Shown piece after piece: positions 26,485 to 40,700 of a stretch of 64,000 nucleotides of DNA (its first letter is position 1; each line of letters starts with the position of its first letter). The notes below the pieces were generated by a model. The model was not told the origin of the DNA and did not search any database. It was given only the letters and a program-made list of their open reading frames with translations. The DNA lies in assembly GCA_964016885.1 (NCBI GenBank), contig OZ024760.1, positions 3,472,001 through 3,536,000 of the forward strand. The letters are read 5' to 3'. Source of the stretch: Eledone cirrhosa (taxonomy: Eukaryota). A program made the translations under genes and the position numbers.

Positions 26485-26642
26485 AAATCGACCCCAGTGC
26501 ATTACTGGTACTTTATTTTATCGAGTTCCTATGGATGAAAGGCAAAGTTAACCACGGCGGGATTTGACCTCAGAAGAAAAAGGGCCATAACTATATGACG
26601 CAAAGCATATTGTCCGATGTTCTACCGATACTGGCAATCCAC
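26485..26642 (-). mobile_element. Diverged SINE with a different 3' region
   Basis: Shares head and core, then diverges at AAATCGACCCCAGT. Confidence 0.8.
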
Positions 26643-26798
26643 AGTATCAATAATAATTTGAAACATGTGTCCCAACGCAAATGGCGATAATAATTATAGT
26701 CCATTGCTAAAAATAATATTGAATGTAATCGATAGGTTCACTGACTTCAATCGATCCAAGGAAACAATCTTTATTATTAGATTATTATTACCCATGAA

Positions 26799-27236
26799 CA
26801 TGAAACTTGGGTAATGACCGAAAGAATACGACCGTGAATGCAACCAGCCGAAATGGGGTTCCTCCGAAGGGTATTTGGAGTAAATACTTGTTAGAGTACG
26901 TAACTCCAGAGAGTCACTCCAGGTAGAGCTGCTACTTCTCCGAATTGAGAGACCACAGCTCCAATACTATGGGCATGTGGTTAGAATGTTTCAGGAAAGA
27001 ATCGCTGGACAGATTTTACGGGCAAAACCAACAGGTAGGAGACCCAGAAGTAGACCTCGTGCAAGATGGTTAGATAATACCCACGAGCTCGGCTGGTCTT
27101 GCTTGGAGATCCAACCGGATAAGTTGGAGACAGTTGCTTCTGGCAGGATCCGCTGGTGGGAGTGTTTGAGGACTCTGCCCTCATGACTCTCTTAGGAATA
27201 AGTGGGCGAAGAAGAAAAAGAAAGAAAAGAAGAAGA
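26799..27236 (+). pseudogene. 5'-truncated RTE-clade (Expander/Rex3-like) LINE 3' end
   Basis: HETWVMTER..AEMGFLRRV...LLLRIERPQLQYYGHVVRM...PTGRRPRSRPRARW; stops and frameshifts; (GAA)-rich tail. Confidence 0.88.
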
Positions 27237-27914
27237 CTATTATTATTATGATTTTTTCCTGCATGGATTTCTAAATCGACCTCAATGGTCAACAAAGAAA
27301 TCGTCATTAATATCTTTTTTTTTAAATGCTTGTGATTTCAAAACTACATATATGAAAGACTCGGACACTATCGTTCATTAAACTGAAAAAAATCCTATAT
27401 TCCATCAAACTATTTTTCTCTCAGACATATTTGATCTTACCTAAGCTTTTTAATGTTTTCACACATTAAATATGATGATAATAGTTATCGATATTTTCAC
27501 ACCGGAAATGCGTCCGGAGTTGTCTCCCATACGTACCGGAAAATGACAAAATGATATTAGTTAGTCATCAACAAATTTCATTTATTATTATTTATTTATT
27601 TATTTTGTTCACACCACATATTTTATTCCACTTTAGCCTGTTTAAACCTGCTGACTCCCACATCCTCGTCTCAAATGGACAACAAAGGCAATGTGGGTGG
27701 GGTGGAGGCCGTTGCCACTCCTTTTTTCTGGCTGATTATTAATGATAAAGACAAAATAACACAAACCAACTGACAAAAAAAGGTGACAGGGTGATACAAC
27801 AGGACTAAAACCTGCTGGAGTCAGGTCTTTATTTTATTTTATTCATTTATTTTCCTTATCTTCTGGGATTGAAAGCCAAACCACCTTCATCAAGTGTCAC
27901 CAGAAATCGAAAGA

Positions 27915-28570
27915 CGAGCTGTGAGAGAGAGAGAGAGAGATCGGAAGGAGGAGAGCGATAGAGTGAGGTTGGTGAGAGAGAGATAGAGTGGGGTTGATGA
28001 GAGTAAGAGAGAGAGATAGAGATAGTGAGGTTGGTGAGAGAGAGAGAGCGAGAGAGAGAGAGAGAGGGAAGTGATGATGGTGAGAAAATGAGCGGGAGAA
28101 GAAGAGAAAGAAAGAGAAAGATAGTGATGGAGGGGTTGGTGTGAAGGCATGAGGCTGCTGAGAAAGCGACAACGGGTAGAGAGTGAGAGAGGGGAAGGAT
28201 GGAGAGAGTGGTGAGAGAAAGAGAGTGGAGAAAGAGTGAGGTTGGTGAGAGTAGGATCAGATAGAGAGGTGAAGAAAAATAGGTGAGAGCGAGAGGAGGT
28301 AGTGATGTTGGTGAGGAGAGAGGGGGGAGGGGAGCTGATGTTTGTGAGGAGAGTGTGAGGGGGTAGTGGTGTTGGTGACGAGAGAGGAGGGGGAGAGAGT
28401 GTGAGGGGAGAGGGGAGCTGATGTTTGTGAGGAAAGAGTGTGTGTGTGGGGGGGTAGTGGTGTTGGTGAGGAAAGTGGGAGAGAGTGCGAGGGGAGAGGG
28501 GTAGTGGTGTTGGTGAAGAGAGGGAGGGGGAGAGGGGAGCTGATATTTGTGAGGAGAGAGGGGGGGGCGA
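27915..28570. repeat. GA/G-rich low-complexity region with local repeats
   Basis: Purine-rich; GGGGAGCTGATGTTTGTGAGGA recurs three times. Confidence 0.85.
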
Positions 28571-29064
28571 GATGGTGTTTTGCAGTTATGAAATATGTGT
28601 GTGTGGAGTAAATGGCGGTGTTGACGTTGATTATTCTTTAATTGATTCAGTCAGAAGGAGGAGAGGATAACACTGTGTCCAGAACCTTTATAGTTGTAGA
28701 TGGGAGGGTGGCCAGTATTCACAATCTTTGTATTTGATGCTCACATCACTCACAAGACAGAGCATTGATATGAAGTGGCCTAGGGGTTTAGAACCTTTAT
28801 AGTTTTAGATAGAAAGGAGGGGACATTTTTCCAATCCAAGCTAGTATGGGTTGGACAGGTGGTCGTAGTCTAAGTCAGTACTTAATTTGAGCCTCTGCCC
28901 TCTTTGACGCCTCATTGTGTATACTTTTACATAATTAATCGTGATTGTCATCATCATCATCATAGGTTCTAAGCTGGTTAAGTACAGACCAAATCAGTAG
29001 TCTCCAAGATGGCTGACTGAATACGCACGCGTTTTTTCTTCTCCCCTTATTTCTCCTTATTTTT

Positions 29065-29222
29065 CTCCGTCCCTTCATCTCATCACTCTTTACTTTCTTC
29101 TGTTGAAGGACTAGTGTCTGAAACGTTAGACTCTCTTTCTGTTATTTCAAGCGTTAAAATAATATACTTCTTCCATGTACTGTGCTGTTTGTTTTGTTAT
29201 TTCTGTTTACCTTTTACACACT
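29065..29222 (+). mobile_element. HHR-element family D with hammerhead relic
   Basis: CTGTTGA-A-GGAC-tagt-GTCT-GAAA-CGTT (29100-29127), A6 mutated; homologous to 5915-6030. Confidence 0.65.
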
Positions 29223-29389
29223 TAAATGGAGCAACTGCTGTCTTACATCCGTCCCAGTTTTGGTATGGTTTCTAGGGTTAGATAGATGCCCGTCCCTACG
29301 CCAACAACTTCCCAGGGTGTGATGCACTGCATTTATGTTTCAGATTTGTTTATATTTATTCACCTTTCTTTTGTTGACCTTGTCAGGTA

Positions 29390-29705
29390 TTCACCTTGTA
29401 GGGGTCTTTTTTGCTATTGTACCATTGTAGAGCCTTTTCTTGTCATCGTTATAGTTATTAATTATGTAGGAGACCACGTATGGAGCTTTGTCATATGAGG
29501 GTTTTTCTTGCCATGTATCATCGCTTTAGATATTGGCCCTGTAGGGGGCTTTTCTTGTCACTGGCTATTGACCCTGTAGGGCCCTTTTCCTGCGGTCACA
29601 CTAGCTAATGGCTCTGTTACGGACCTTTCCTTGTCGTGGCCCTGGCTATTGGTTTTGTAGAGAGCCTTTCTTGACATTGCTCTAGCTATTGGTCTTTTAG
29701 GGGGT
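29390..29705. repeat. Degenerate 35-42 bp tandem repeat
   Basis: GCTATTGG..CTGTAGGG..CTTTTCTTGTCA-like unit, about 7-8 copies. Confidence 0.7.
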
Positions 29706-29924
29706 GTTTTAAAATGGCGTTCTGTTGTCACATTTTCAATTTAGTTGTTTTTTAAACCATTTTCATTGTCGTCACAACTGTTGCTCCCGTTGTGATTCCC
29801 GCTGGTACAATTGGTGGTGGTGTTGCTAGTGTTACTAATGTTAGTGGCGATGGTATTAATGCCATCGTTGTTGGTAATGATGTTGGTGGTGTTGTTGTTG
29901 TCACTATTGCTGGTGGTAGTGGTA

Positions 29925-31412
29925 TTAGTGATGGTGGTGTTGTTGTCACTGTTGCTGGTGGTAGTGGTGTTAGTAAAGGTAGTGGTGGTGCCACTGTTGC
30001 TGGTGGTAGTGGTGTTAGTAAAGGTAGTGGTTGTGTCACTGTTGCTGGTGGTAGTGGTGTTAGTAAAGGTAGTGGTTGTGCCACTGTTGCTGGTGGTAGT
30101 GGTGTTAGTAAAGGTGGTGGTGGTGTCACTGTTGCTGGTGGTAGTGGTGTTAGTAAAGGTGGTGGTGGTGTCACTGTTGCTGGTGGTAGTGGTGTTAGTA
30201 AAGGTAGTGGTTGTGACACTGTTACTGGTGGTAGTGGTGTTAGTAAAGGTAGTGGTGGTGTCACTGTTGTTGGTGGTAGTGGTGTCAGTAAAGGTGGTGG
30301 TGGTGTCACTGTTGCTGGTGGTAGTGGTGTTAGTAAAGGTAGTGGTTGTGCCACTGTTGTTGGTGGTAGTGGTGTCAGTAAAGGTGGTGGTGGTGTCACT
30401 GTTGCTGGTGGTAGTGGTGTTAGTAAAGGTAGTGGTTGTGCCACTGTTGTTGGTGGTAGTGGTGTTAGTAAAGGTAGTGGTGGTGTCACTGTTGCTGGTG
30501 GTAGTGGTGTTAGTAAAGGTAGTGGTTGTGTCACTGTTGCTGGTGGTAGTGGTGTTAGTAAAGGTAGTGGTTGTGCCACTGTTGCTGGTGGTAGTGGTGT
30601 CAGTAAAGGTGGTGGTGGTGTCACTGTTGCTGGTGGTAGTGGTGTTAGTAAAGGTGGTGGTGGTGTCACTGTTGCTGGTGGTAGTGGTGTTAGTAAAGGT
30701 AGTGGTTGTGACACTGTTACTGGTGGTAGTGGTGTTAGTAAAGGTAGTGGTGGTGTCACTGTTGTTGGTGGTAGTGGTGTCAGTAAAGGTGGTGGTGGTG
30801 TCACTGTTGCTGGTGGTAGTGGTGTTAGTAAAGGTAGTGGTTGTGCCACTGTTGTTGGTGGTAGTGGTGTCAGTAAAGGTGGTGGTGGTGTCACTGTTGC
30901 TGGTGGTAGTGGTGTTAGTAAAGGTAGTGGTTGTGCCACTGTTGTTGGTGGTAGTGGTGTTAGTAAAGGTAGTGGTGGTGTCACTGTTGCTGGTGGTAGT
31001 GGTGTTAGTAAAGGTAGTGGTGGTGTCACTGTTGCTGGTGGTAGTGGTGTTAGTAAAGGTAGTGGTTGTGTCACTGTTGCTGGTGGTAGTGGTGTTAGTA
31101 AAGGTAGTGGTGGTGTCACTGTTGCTGGTGGTAGTGGTGTTAGTAAAGGTAGTGGTTGTGTCACTGTTGCTGGTGGTAGTGGTGTCAGTAAAGGTGGTGG
31201 TGGTGTCACTGTTGCTGGTGGTAGTGGTGTCAGTAAAGATGGTGGCGGTGTCACTGTTGCTGGTGATAGTGGTTGTGTCACTGTTGCTGGTGGTAGTGGT
31301 GTTAGTAAAGGTGGTGGTGGTGTCACTGTTGCTGGTGGTAGTGGTGTCAGTAAAGGTGGTGGTGGTGTCACTGTTGCTGGTGGTAGTGGTGTCAGTAAAG
31401 GTGGTGGTGGTG
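29925..31412. repeat. 45-bp minisatellite, about 33 copies
   Basis: GTCACTGTTGCTGGTGGTAGTGGTGTTAGTAAAGGT(A/G)GTGGT(T/G)GT; includes a 495-bp higher-order duplication. Confidence 0.97.
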
Positions 31413-31719
31413 TAGATGTCTTTCCCCTTTGATATTTTCTCCGTCACGTCAATCAATATATATTTCTGCCTGCAGGACGTGACATTTCATTTAAAGTACA
31501 CAGTTTGATTTTTGACACCATCACAACACAATACAATATTACCATCTCTCTCCATATCTACCTCACACCACCACCACCAACACCATACCACCACAACATA
31601 ATACAATATTACCATAATCTCTTTCCACCACCCCTACCCTCCTACCTCCTCATCAAATATGGACAACACCATTACATGTTGAGAGGTGTCATCTGTCTCA
31701 GACAGCAGAGGTTTTCAAA

Positions 31720-34700
31720 CCAGCGCCACCAGTACCACCATCTCCACTACCATCAGAACCACCACAGACAATACCATCAGCTCCACCACGGACACTACCA
31801 TCAGCTCCACCACAGACACTACCATCAGAACTACCACAGACAATACCATCAGCTCCACCACAGACACTACCATCAGCTCCACCACAGACACTACCATCAG
31901 CACCACCATAGACACAACCATCACATCCACCACAGACACTACCATCAGCACCACCACGGACACTACCATCACATCCACCACAGACACTACAATCAGCACC
32001 ACCACAGACACTACCATCAGCACCACCATAGACACAACCATCACATCCACCACAGACACTACCATCAGCTCCACCACGGACAATACCATCAGCACCACCA
32101 CAGACACTACCATCAGCTCCACCACAGACACTACCATCAGCACCACCACAGACACTACCATCAGCTCCACCGTCTCCACTACCATCAGCACCACCACAGA
32201 CACTACCATCAGCTCCACCACAGACACTACCATCAGCTCCACCACAGACACTACAATCAGCACCACCACAGACACTACCATCAGCACCACCACGGACACT
32301 ACCACCATCTCCACCACAGACACTACCATCAGCTCCACCACAGACACTACCATCAGCACCACCACAGAGACTACCATCAGCTCCACCACAGACACTACCA
32401 TCAGCAGCACCACAGACACTACCATCAGCTCCACCACGGACACCACCATCAGCTCCACCACGGACACCACCATCAGCAGCACCACAGACACTACCATCAG
32501 CAGCACCACAGACACTACCATCAGCTCCACCACGGACACCACCATCAGCTCCACCACGGACACCACCATCAGCAGCACCACAGACACTACCATCAGCAGC
32601 ACCACAGACACTACCATCAGCAGCACCACAGACACCACCATCAGCTCCACCACGGACACCACCATCAGCTCCACCACGGACACCACCATCAGCAGCACCA
32701 CAGACACTACCATCAGCACCACCACAGACACTACCATCAGAACCACCACAGACACTACCATCAGAACCACCACAGACACTACCATCAGCACCACCACAGA
32801 CACCACCATCAGCTCCACCACGGACACCACCATCAGCTCCACCACGGACACCACCATCAGCACCACCACAGACACTACCATCAGCACCACCACAGACACT
32901 ACCACCAGCTCCACCACAGACAATACCATCAGCTCCACCACAGACACTACCATCAGCTCCACCACAGACACTACCATCAGCTCCACCACAGACACTACCA
33001 TCAGCTCCACCACGGACACTACCATCAGCACCACCGCAGACACTACCATCAGCACCACCACAGACACTACCATCAGCTCCACCACAGACACTACCATCAG
33101 CACCACCACAGACACTACCATCAGCTCCACCACAGACACTACCATCAGCACCACCACAGACACTACCATCAGCTCCACCACAGACACTACCATCAGCACC
33201 ACCACAGACACTACCATCAGCTCCACCACAGACACTACCATCAGCTCCACCACAGACACTACCATCAGCTCCACCACAGACACTACAATCAGCACCACCA
33301 CAGACACTACCATCAGCACCACCACGGACACTACCACCATCTCCACCACAAACACTACCATCAGCTCCACCACAGACACTACCATCAGCACCACCACAGA
33401 GACTACCATCAGCTCCACCACAGACACTACCATCAGCAGCACCACAGACACTACCATCAGCTCCACCACGGACACTACCATCAGCTCCACCATCTCCACT
33501 ACCATCAGCACCACCACAGACACTACCATCAGCACCACCACAGACACTACCATCAGCACAACCACAAACACTACCATCAGCACCACCACAGACACCACCA
33601 TCAGCAGCACCACAGACACTACCATCAGCTCCACCACGTACACTACCATCAGCACCACCACAGACACCACCATCAGCAGCACCACAGACACTACCATCAG
33701 CACCACCACAGACACCACCATCAGCACCACCACAGACACTACCATCAGCTCCACCACAGACACTACCACCATCTCCACCACGGACACTACCATCAGCTCC
33801 ACCACAGACACCACCATCAGCTCCACCACAGACACCACCATCAGCTCCACCACGGACGCTACCATCAGCTCCACCACGTACACTACCATCAGCTCCACCA
33901 CAGACACCACCATCAGCACCACCACAGACACTACCATCAGCTCCACCACGGACGCTACCATCAGCTCCACCACGTACACTACCATCAGCAGCACCACAGA
34001 CACTACCATCAGCTCCACCACAGACACTACCATCAGCACCACCACAGACACTACCATCAGCTCCACCACGGACACTACCATCAGCACCACCACAGACACT
34101 ACCATCAGCTCCACCACAGACACTACCACCATCTCCACCACGGACACTACCATCAGCTCCACCACAGACACCACCATCAGCTCCACCACAGACACTACCA
34201 TCAGCACCACCACAGACACTACCATCAGCTCCACCACGGACACTACCATCAGCACCACCACAGACACTACCATCAGCTCCACCACAGACACTACCATCAG
34301 CCCCACCACGGACACTACCATCAGCTCCACCACAGACACCACCATCAGCTCCACCACAGACACCACCATCAGCTCCACCACAGACACCACCATCAGCTCC
34401 ACCACAGACACTACCATCAGCACCACCACAGACACTACCATCAGCACCACCACAGACACTACAATCAGCACCACCACAGACACTACCATCAGCTCCACCA
34501 CAGACACTACCACCATCTCCACCACGGACACTACCACCATCTCCACCACGGACACTACCATCAGCACCACCACAGACACTACCATCAGCACCACCACAGA
34601 CACCACCATCAGCACCACCACAGACACTACCATCAGCTCCACCACGGACGCTACCATCAGCTCCACCACAGACACTACCATCAGCACCACCACAGACACT

Positions 34701-37700
34701 ACCATCAGCACCACCACGGACACTACCATCAGCTCCACCACAGACACCACCATCAGCTCCACCACAGACACTACCATCAGCACCACCACAGACACTACCA
34801 TCAGCACCACCACAGACACCACCATCAGCACCACCACAGACACTACCATCAGCTCCACCACGGACGCTACCATCAGCTCCACCACAGACACTACCATCAG
34901 CACCACCACAGACACTACCATCAGCTCCACCACAGACACTACCACCATCTCCACCACGGACACTACCACCATCTCCACCACGGACACTACCATCAGCTCC
35001 ACCACAAACACTACCATCAGCACCACCACAGACACTACCATCAGCTCCACCACGGACACTACCATCAGCACCACCACAGACACTACCATCAGCTCCACCA
35101 CAGACACTACCACCATCTCCACCACGGACACTACCATCAGCTCCACCACAGACACCACCATCAGCTCCACCACAGACACTACCATCAGCACCACCACAGA
35201 CACTACCATCAGCTCCACCACGGACACTACCATCAGCACCACCACAGACACTACCATCAGCTCCACCACAGACACTACCATCAGCCCCACCACGGACACT
35301 ACCATCAGCTCCACCACAGACACCACCATCAGCTCCACCACAGACACCACCATCAGCTCCACCACAGACACCACCATCAGCTCCACCACAGACACTACCA
35401 TCAGCACCACCACAGACACTACCATCAGCACCACCACAGACACTACAATCAGCACCACCACAGACACTACCATCAGCTCCACCACAGACACTACCACCAT
35501 CTCCACCACGGACACTACCACCATCTCCACCACGGACACTACCATCAGCACCACCACAGACACTACCATCAGCACCACCACAGACACCACCATCAGCACC
35601 ACCACAGATACTACCATCAGCACCACCACGGACGCTACCATCAGCTCCACCACAGGCACTACCATCAGCACCACCACAGACACTACCATCAGCACCACCA
35701 CGGACACTACCATCAGCTCCACCACAGACACCACCATCAGCTCCACCACAGACACTACCATCAGCACCACCACAGACACTACCATCAGCACCACCACAGA
35801 CACCACCATCAGCACCACCACAGACACTACCATCAGCTCCACCACGGACGCTACCATCAGCTCCACCACAGACACTACCATCAGCACCACCACAGACACT
35901 ACCATCAGCTCCACCACAGACACTACCACCATCTCCACCACGGACACTACCATCAGCTCCACCACAGACACCACCATCAGCTCCACCACAGACACCACCA
36001 TTAGCTCCACCACAGACACTACCATCAGCTCCACCACAGACACTACCATCAGCACCACCACAGACACTACCATCAGCACCACCACGGACACTACCATCAG
36101 CACCACCACGGACACAACCATCAGCTCCACCACAGACACCACCATCAGCTCCACCACAGACACCACCATCAGCTCCACCACAGACACTACCATCAGCACC
36201 ACCACGGACACTACCATCAGCTCCACCACAGACACTACCACCATCTCCACCACGGACACTACCACCATCTCCACCACGGACACTACCATCAGCTCCACCA
36301 CGGAAACTACCATCAGCTCCACCACAGACACTACCACCATCTCCACCACAGACACTACCACCAGCACCACCACAGACACCACCATCAGCAGCACCACAGA
36401 CACTACCATCAGCTCCACCACGTACACTACCATCAGCACCACCACAGACACCACCATCAGCAGCACCACAGACACTACCATCAGCACCACCACAGACACC
36501 ACCATCAGCACCACCACAGACACTACCATCAGCTCCACCACGGACGCTACCATCAGCTCCACCACGTACACTACCATAAGCACCACCACAGACACCACCA
36601 TCAGCAGCACCACAGACACTACCATCAGCTCCACCACAGACACTACCATCAGCACCACCACAGACACTACCATCAGCTCCGCCACAGACACTACCACCAT
36701 CTCCACCACGGACACTACCATCAGCTCCACCACAGACACCACCATCAGCTCCACCACAGACACTACCATCATCTCCACCACGGACACTACCATCAGCTCC
36801 ACCACAGACACTACCATCAGCTCCACCACGGACACTACCATCAGCTCCACCACGGACACTACCATCAGCTCCACCACAGACACCACCATCAGCTCCACCA
36901 CAGACACTACCATCAGCACCACCACAGACACCACCATCAGCTCCACCACGGACACTACCATCAGCCCACCACAGACACTACCATCAGCACCAACACAGAC
37001 ACTACCATCAGCTCCACCACAGACACTACCATCAGCACCACCACAGACACTACCACCATCTCCACCACGGACACTACCACCATCTCCACCACGGACACTA
37101 CCATCAGCACCACCACAGACACTACCATCAGCACCACCACAGACACCACCATCAGCACCACCACAGACACTACCATCAGCACCACCACGGACACAACCAT
37201 CAGCTCCACCACAGATACTACCATCAGCTCCACCACAGACACTACCATCAGCACCACCACGGACACAACCATCAGCTCCACCACAGACACTACCATCAGC
37301 ACCACCACGGACACTACCATCAGCACCACCACAGACACTACCATCAGCTCCACCACAGACACTACCACCATCTCCACCACGGACACTACCATCAGCACCA
37401 ACACGGACACAACCATCAGCTCCACCACAGACACTACCATCAGCACCACCACAGACACTACCATCAGCACCACCACGGACACAACCATCAGCTCCACCAC
37501 AGACACTACCATCAGCTCCACCACAGACACTACCACCATCTCCACCACGGACACTACCATCAGCACCACCACGGACACAACCATCAGCTCCACCACAGAC
37601 ACTACCATCAGCACCACCACAGACACTACCATCAGCACCACCACGGACACAACCATCAGCTCCACCACAGACACTACCATCAGCTCCACCACAGACACTA

Positions 37701-40700
37701 CCACCATCTCCACCACGGACACTACCATCAACACCACCACGGACACTACCATCAGCACCACCATCTCCACTATCATCAGCACCACCACAGACACTACCAT
37801 CAGCACCACCATAGACACAACCATCACATCCACCACAGACACTACCATCAGCTCCACCACGGACAATACCATCAGCTCCACCACGGACAATACCATCAGC
37901 TCCACCACAGACACTACCATCAGCTCCACCACAGACACTACCATCAGCTCCACCACAGACACTACCATCATCTCCACCACAGACACTACCATCAGCACCA
38001 CCACAGACACTACCATCAGCTCCACCACAGACACTACCATCAGCTCCACCACAGACACTACCATCATCTCCACCACAGACACTACCATCAGCTCCACCAC
38101 AGACGCTACCATCAGCACCACCACGGACACAACCATCAGCACCACCACGGACACTACCATCAGCACCACCATCTCCACTATCATCAGCACCACCACAGAC
38201 ACTACCATCAGCACCACCATAGACACAACCATCACATCCACCAGAGACACTACCATCATCTCCACCACAGACACTACCATCAGCACCACCACAGACACTA
38301 CCATCAGCACCACCACGGACACTACCATCATCTCCACCACAGACACTACCATCAGCACCACCACGGACACTACCATCAGCTCCACCACAGACACTACCAT
38401 CATCTCCACCACAGACACTACCATCAGCTCCACCACAGACACTACCATCAGCTCCACCACAGACACTACCATCAGCTCCACCACAGACACTACCATCAGC
38501 TCCACCACAGACACTACCATCAGCTCCACCACAGACACTACCATCAGCACCACCACAGACACTACCATCATCTCCACCACAGACACTACCATCAGCACCA
38601 CCACGGACACTACCATCAGCTCCACCACAGACACTACCATCAGCTCCACCACAGACACTACCATCAGCTCCACCACAGACACTACCATCATCTCCACCAC
38701 AGACACTACCATCATCTCCACCACAGACACTACCATCAGCTCCACCACAGACACTACCATCAGCACCACCACGGACACTACCATCAGCTTCACCACAGAC
38801 ACTACCATCATCTCCACCACAGACACTACCATTAGCTCCACCACAGACACTACCATCAGCACCACCATCTCCACTACCATCAGCTCCACCACAGACACTA
38901 CCATCAGCACCACCATCTCCACTACCATCAGCTCCACCACAGACACTACCATCAGCACCACCACAGACACTACCATCAACACCACCACAGACCCTACCAT
39001 CAGCCCCACCACAGACACTACCATCAGCACCACCACAGACACTACCATCAGCTCCACCACAGACACTACCATCATCCCCACCACAGACACTACCATCAGC
39101 ACCACCACAGACACTACCATCAGCACCACCATCTCCACTACCATCAGCTCCACCACAGACACTACCATCAGCTCCACCACAGACACTACCATCAGCACCA
39201 CCATCTCCACTACCATCAGCTCCACCACAGACACTACCATCAGCACAACCGCAGACACTACCATCAACACCACCACAGACACTACCATCAGCTCCACCAC
39301 AGACACTACCATCCGCACCACCACAGACACTACCATCAGCTCCACCACAGACACTACCATCATCTCCACCACAGACACTACCATCAGCTCCACCACAGAC
39401 ACTACCATCCGCACCACCACAGACACTACCATCAGCTCCACCACAGACACTACCATCATCTCCACCACAGACACTACCATCAGCTCCACCACAGACACTA
39501 CCATCAGCTCCACCACAGACACTACCATCAGCACCACCACAGACACTACCATCAGCTCCACCACAGACACTACCATCAGCTCCACCACAGACACTACCAT
39601 CAGCTCCACCACAGACACTACCATCATCTCCACCACAGACACTACCATCAGCTCCACCACAGACACTACCACCAGCACCACCACAGACACTACCATCAGC
39701 TCCACCACAGACACTACCACCAGCACCACCACAGACACTACCATCAGCTCCACCACAGACACTACCATCAGCTCCACCACAGACACTACCATCATCTCCA
39801 CCACAGACACTACCATCAGCTCCACCACAGACACTACCACCAGCACCACCACAGACACTACCATCAGCTCCACCACAGACACTACCACCAGCACCACCAC
39901 AGACACTACCATCATCTCCACCACAGACACTACCATCAGCACCACCACAGACACTACCATCAGCACCACCACAGACACTACCACCAGCACCACCACAGAC
40001 ACTACCATCATCTCCACCACAGACACTACCATCATCACCACCACAGACACTACCACAGACACTACCACCAGCACCACCACAGACACTACCATCATCTCCA
40101 CCACAGACACTACCATCAGCACCACCACAGACACTACCACCAGCACCACCACAGACACTACCATCATCTCCACCACAGACACTACCATCAGCTCCACCAC
40201 AGACACTACCATCAGCACCACCACAGACACTACCATCAGCACCACCACAGACACTACCACCAGCACCACCACAGACGCTACCATCAGCACCACCACAGAC
40301 ACTACCATCAGCACCACCACAGACACTACCACCAGCACCACCACAGACACTACCATCATCTCCACCACAGACACTACCATCAGCTCCACCACAGACACTA
40401 CCATCAGCACCACCACAGACACTACCATCAGCTCCACCACAGACACTACCATCAGCACCACCACAGACACTACCATCAGCACCACCACAGACACTACCAC
40501 CAGCACCACCACAGACACTACCATCATCTCCACCACAGACACTACCATCATCTCCACCACAGACACTACCATCAGCTCCACCACAGACACTACCATCAGC
40601 ACCACCACAGACACTACCATCAGCTCCACCACACACACTACCATCAGCTCCACCACAGACACTACCATCAGCTCCACCACAGACACTACCATCAGCTCCA

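Noticed and set aside
27500-27546. Paired CCGGAAAT (ETS-like) motifs, and AAGATGGCGGC (YY1-like) at about 6613
   Set aside because: Short motifs with no associated gene or transcript evidence.
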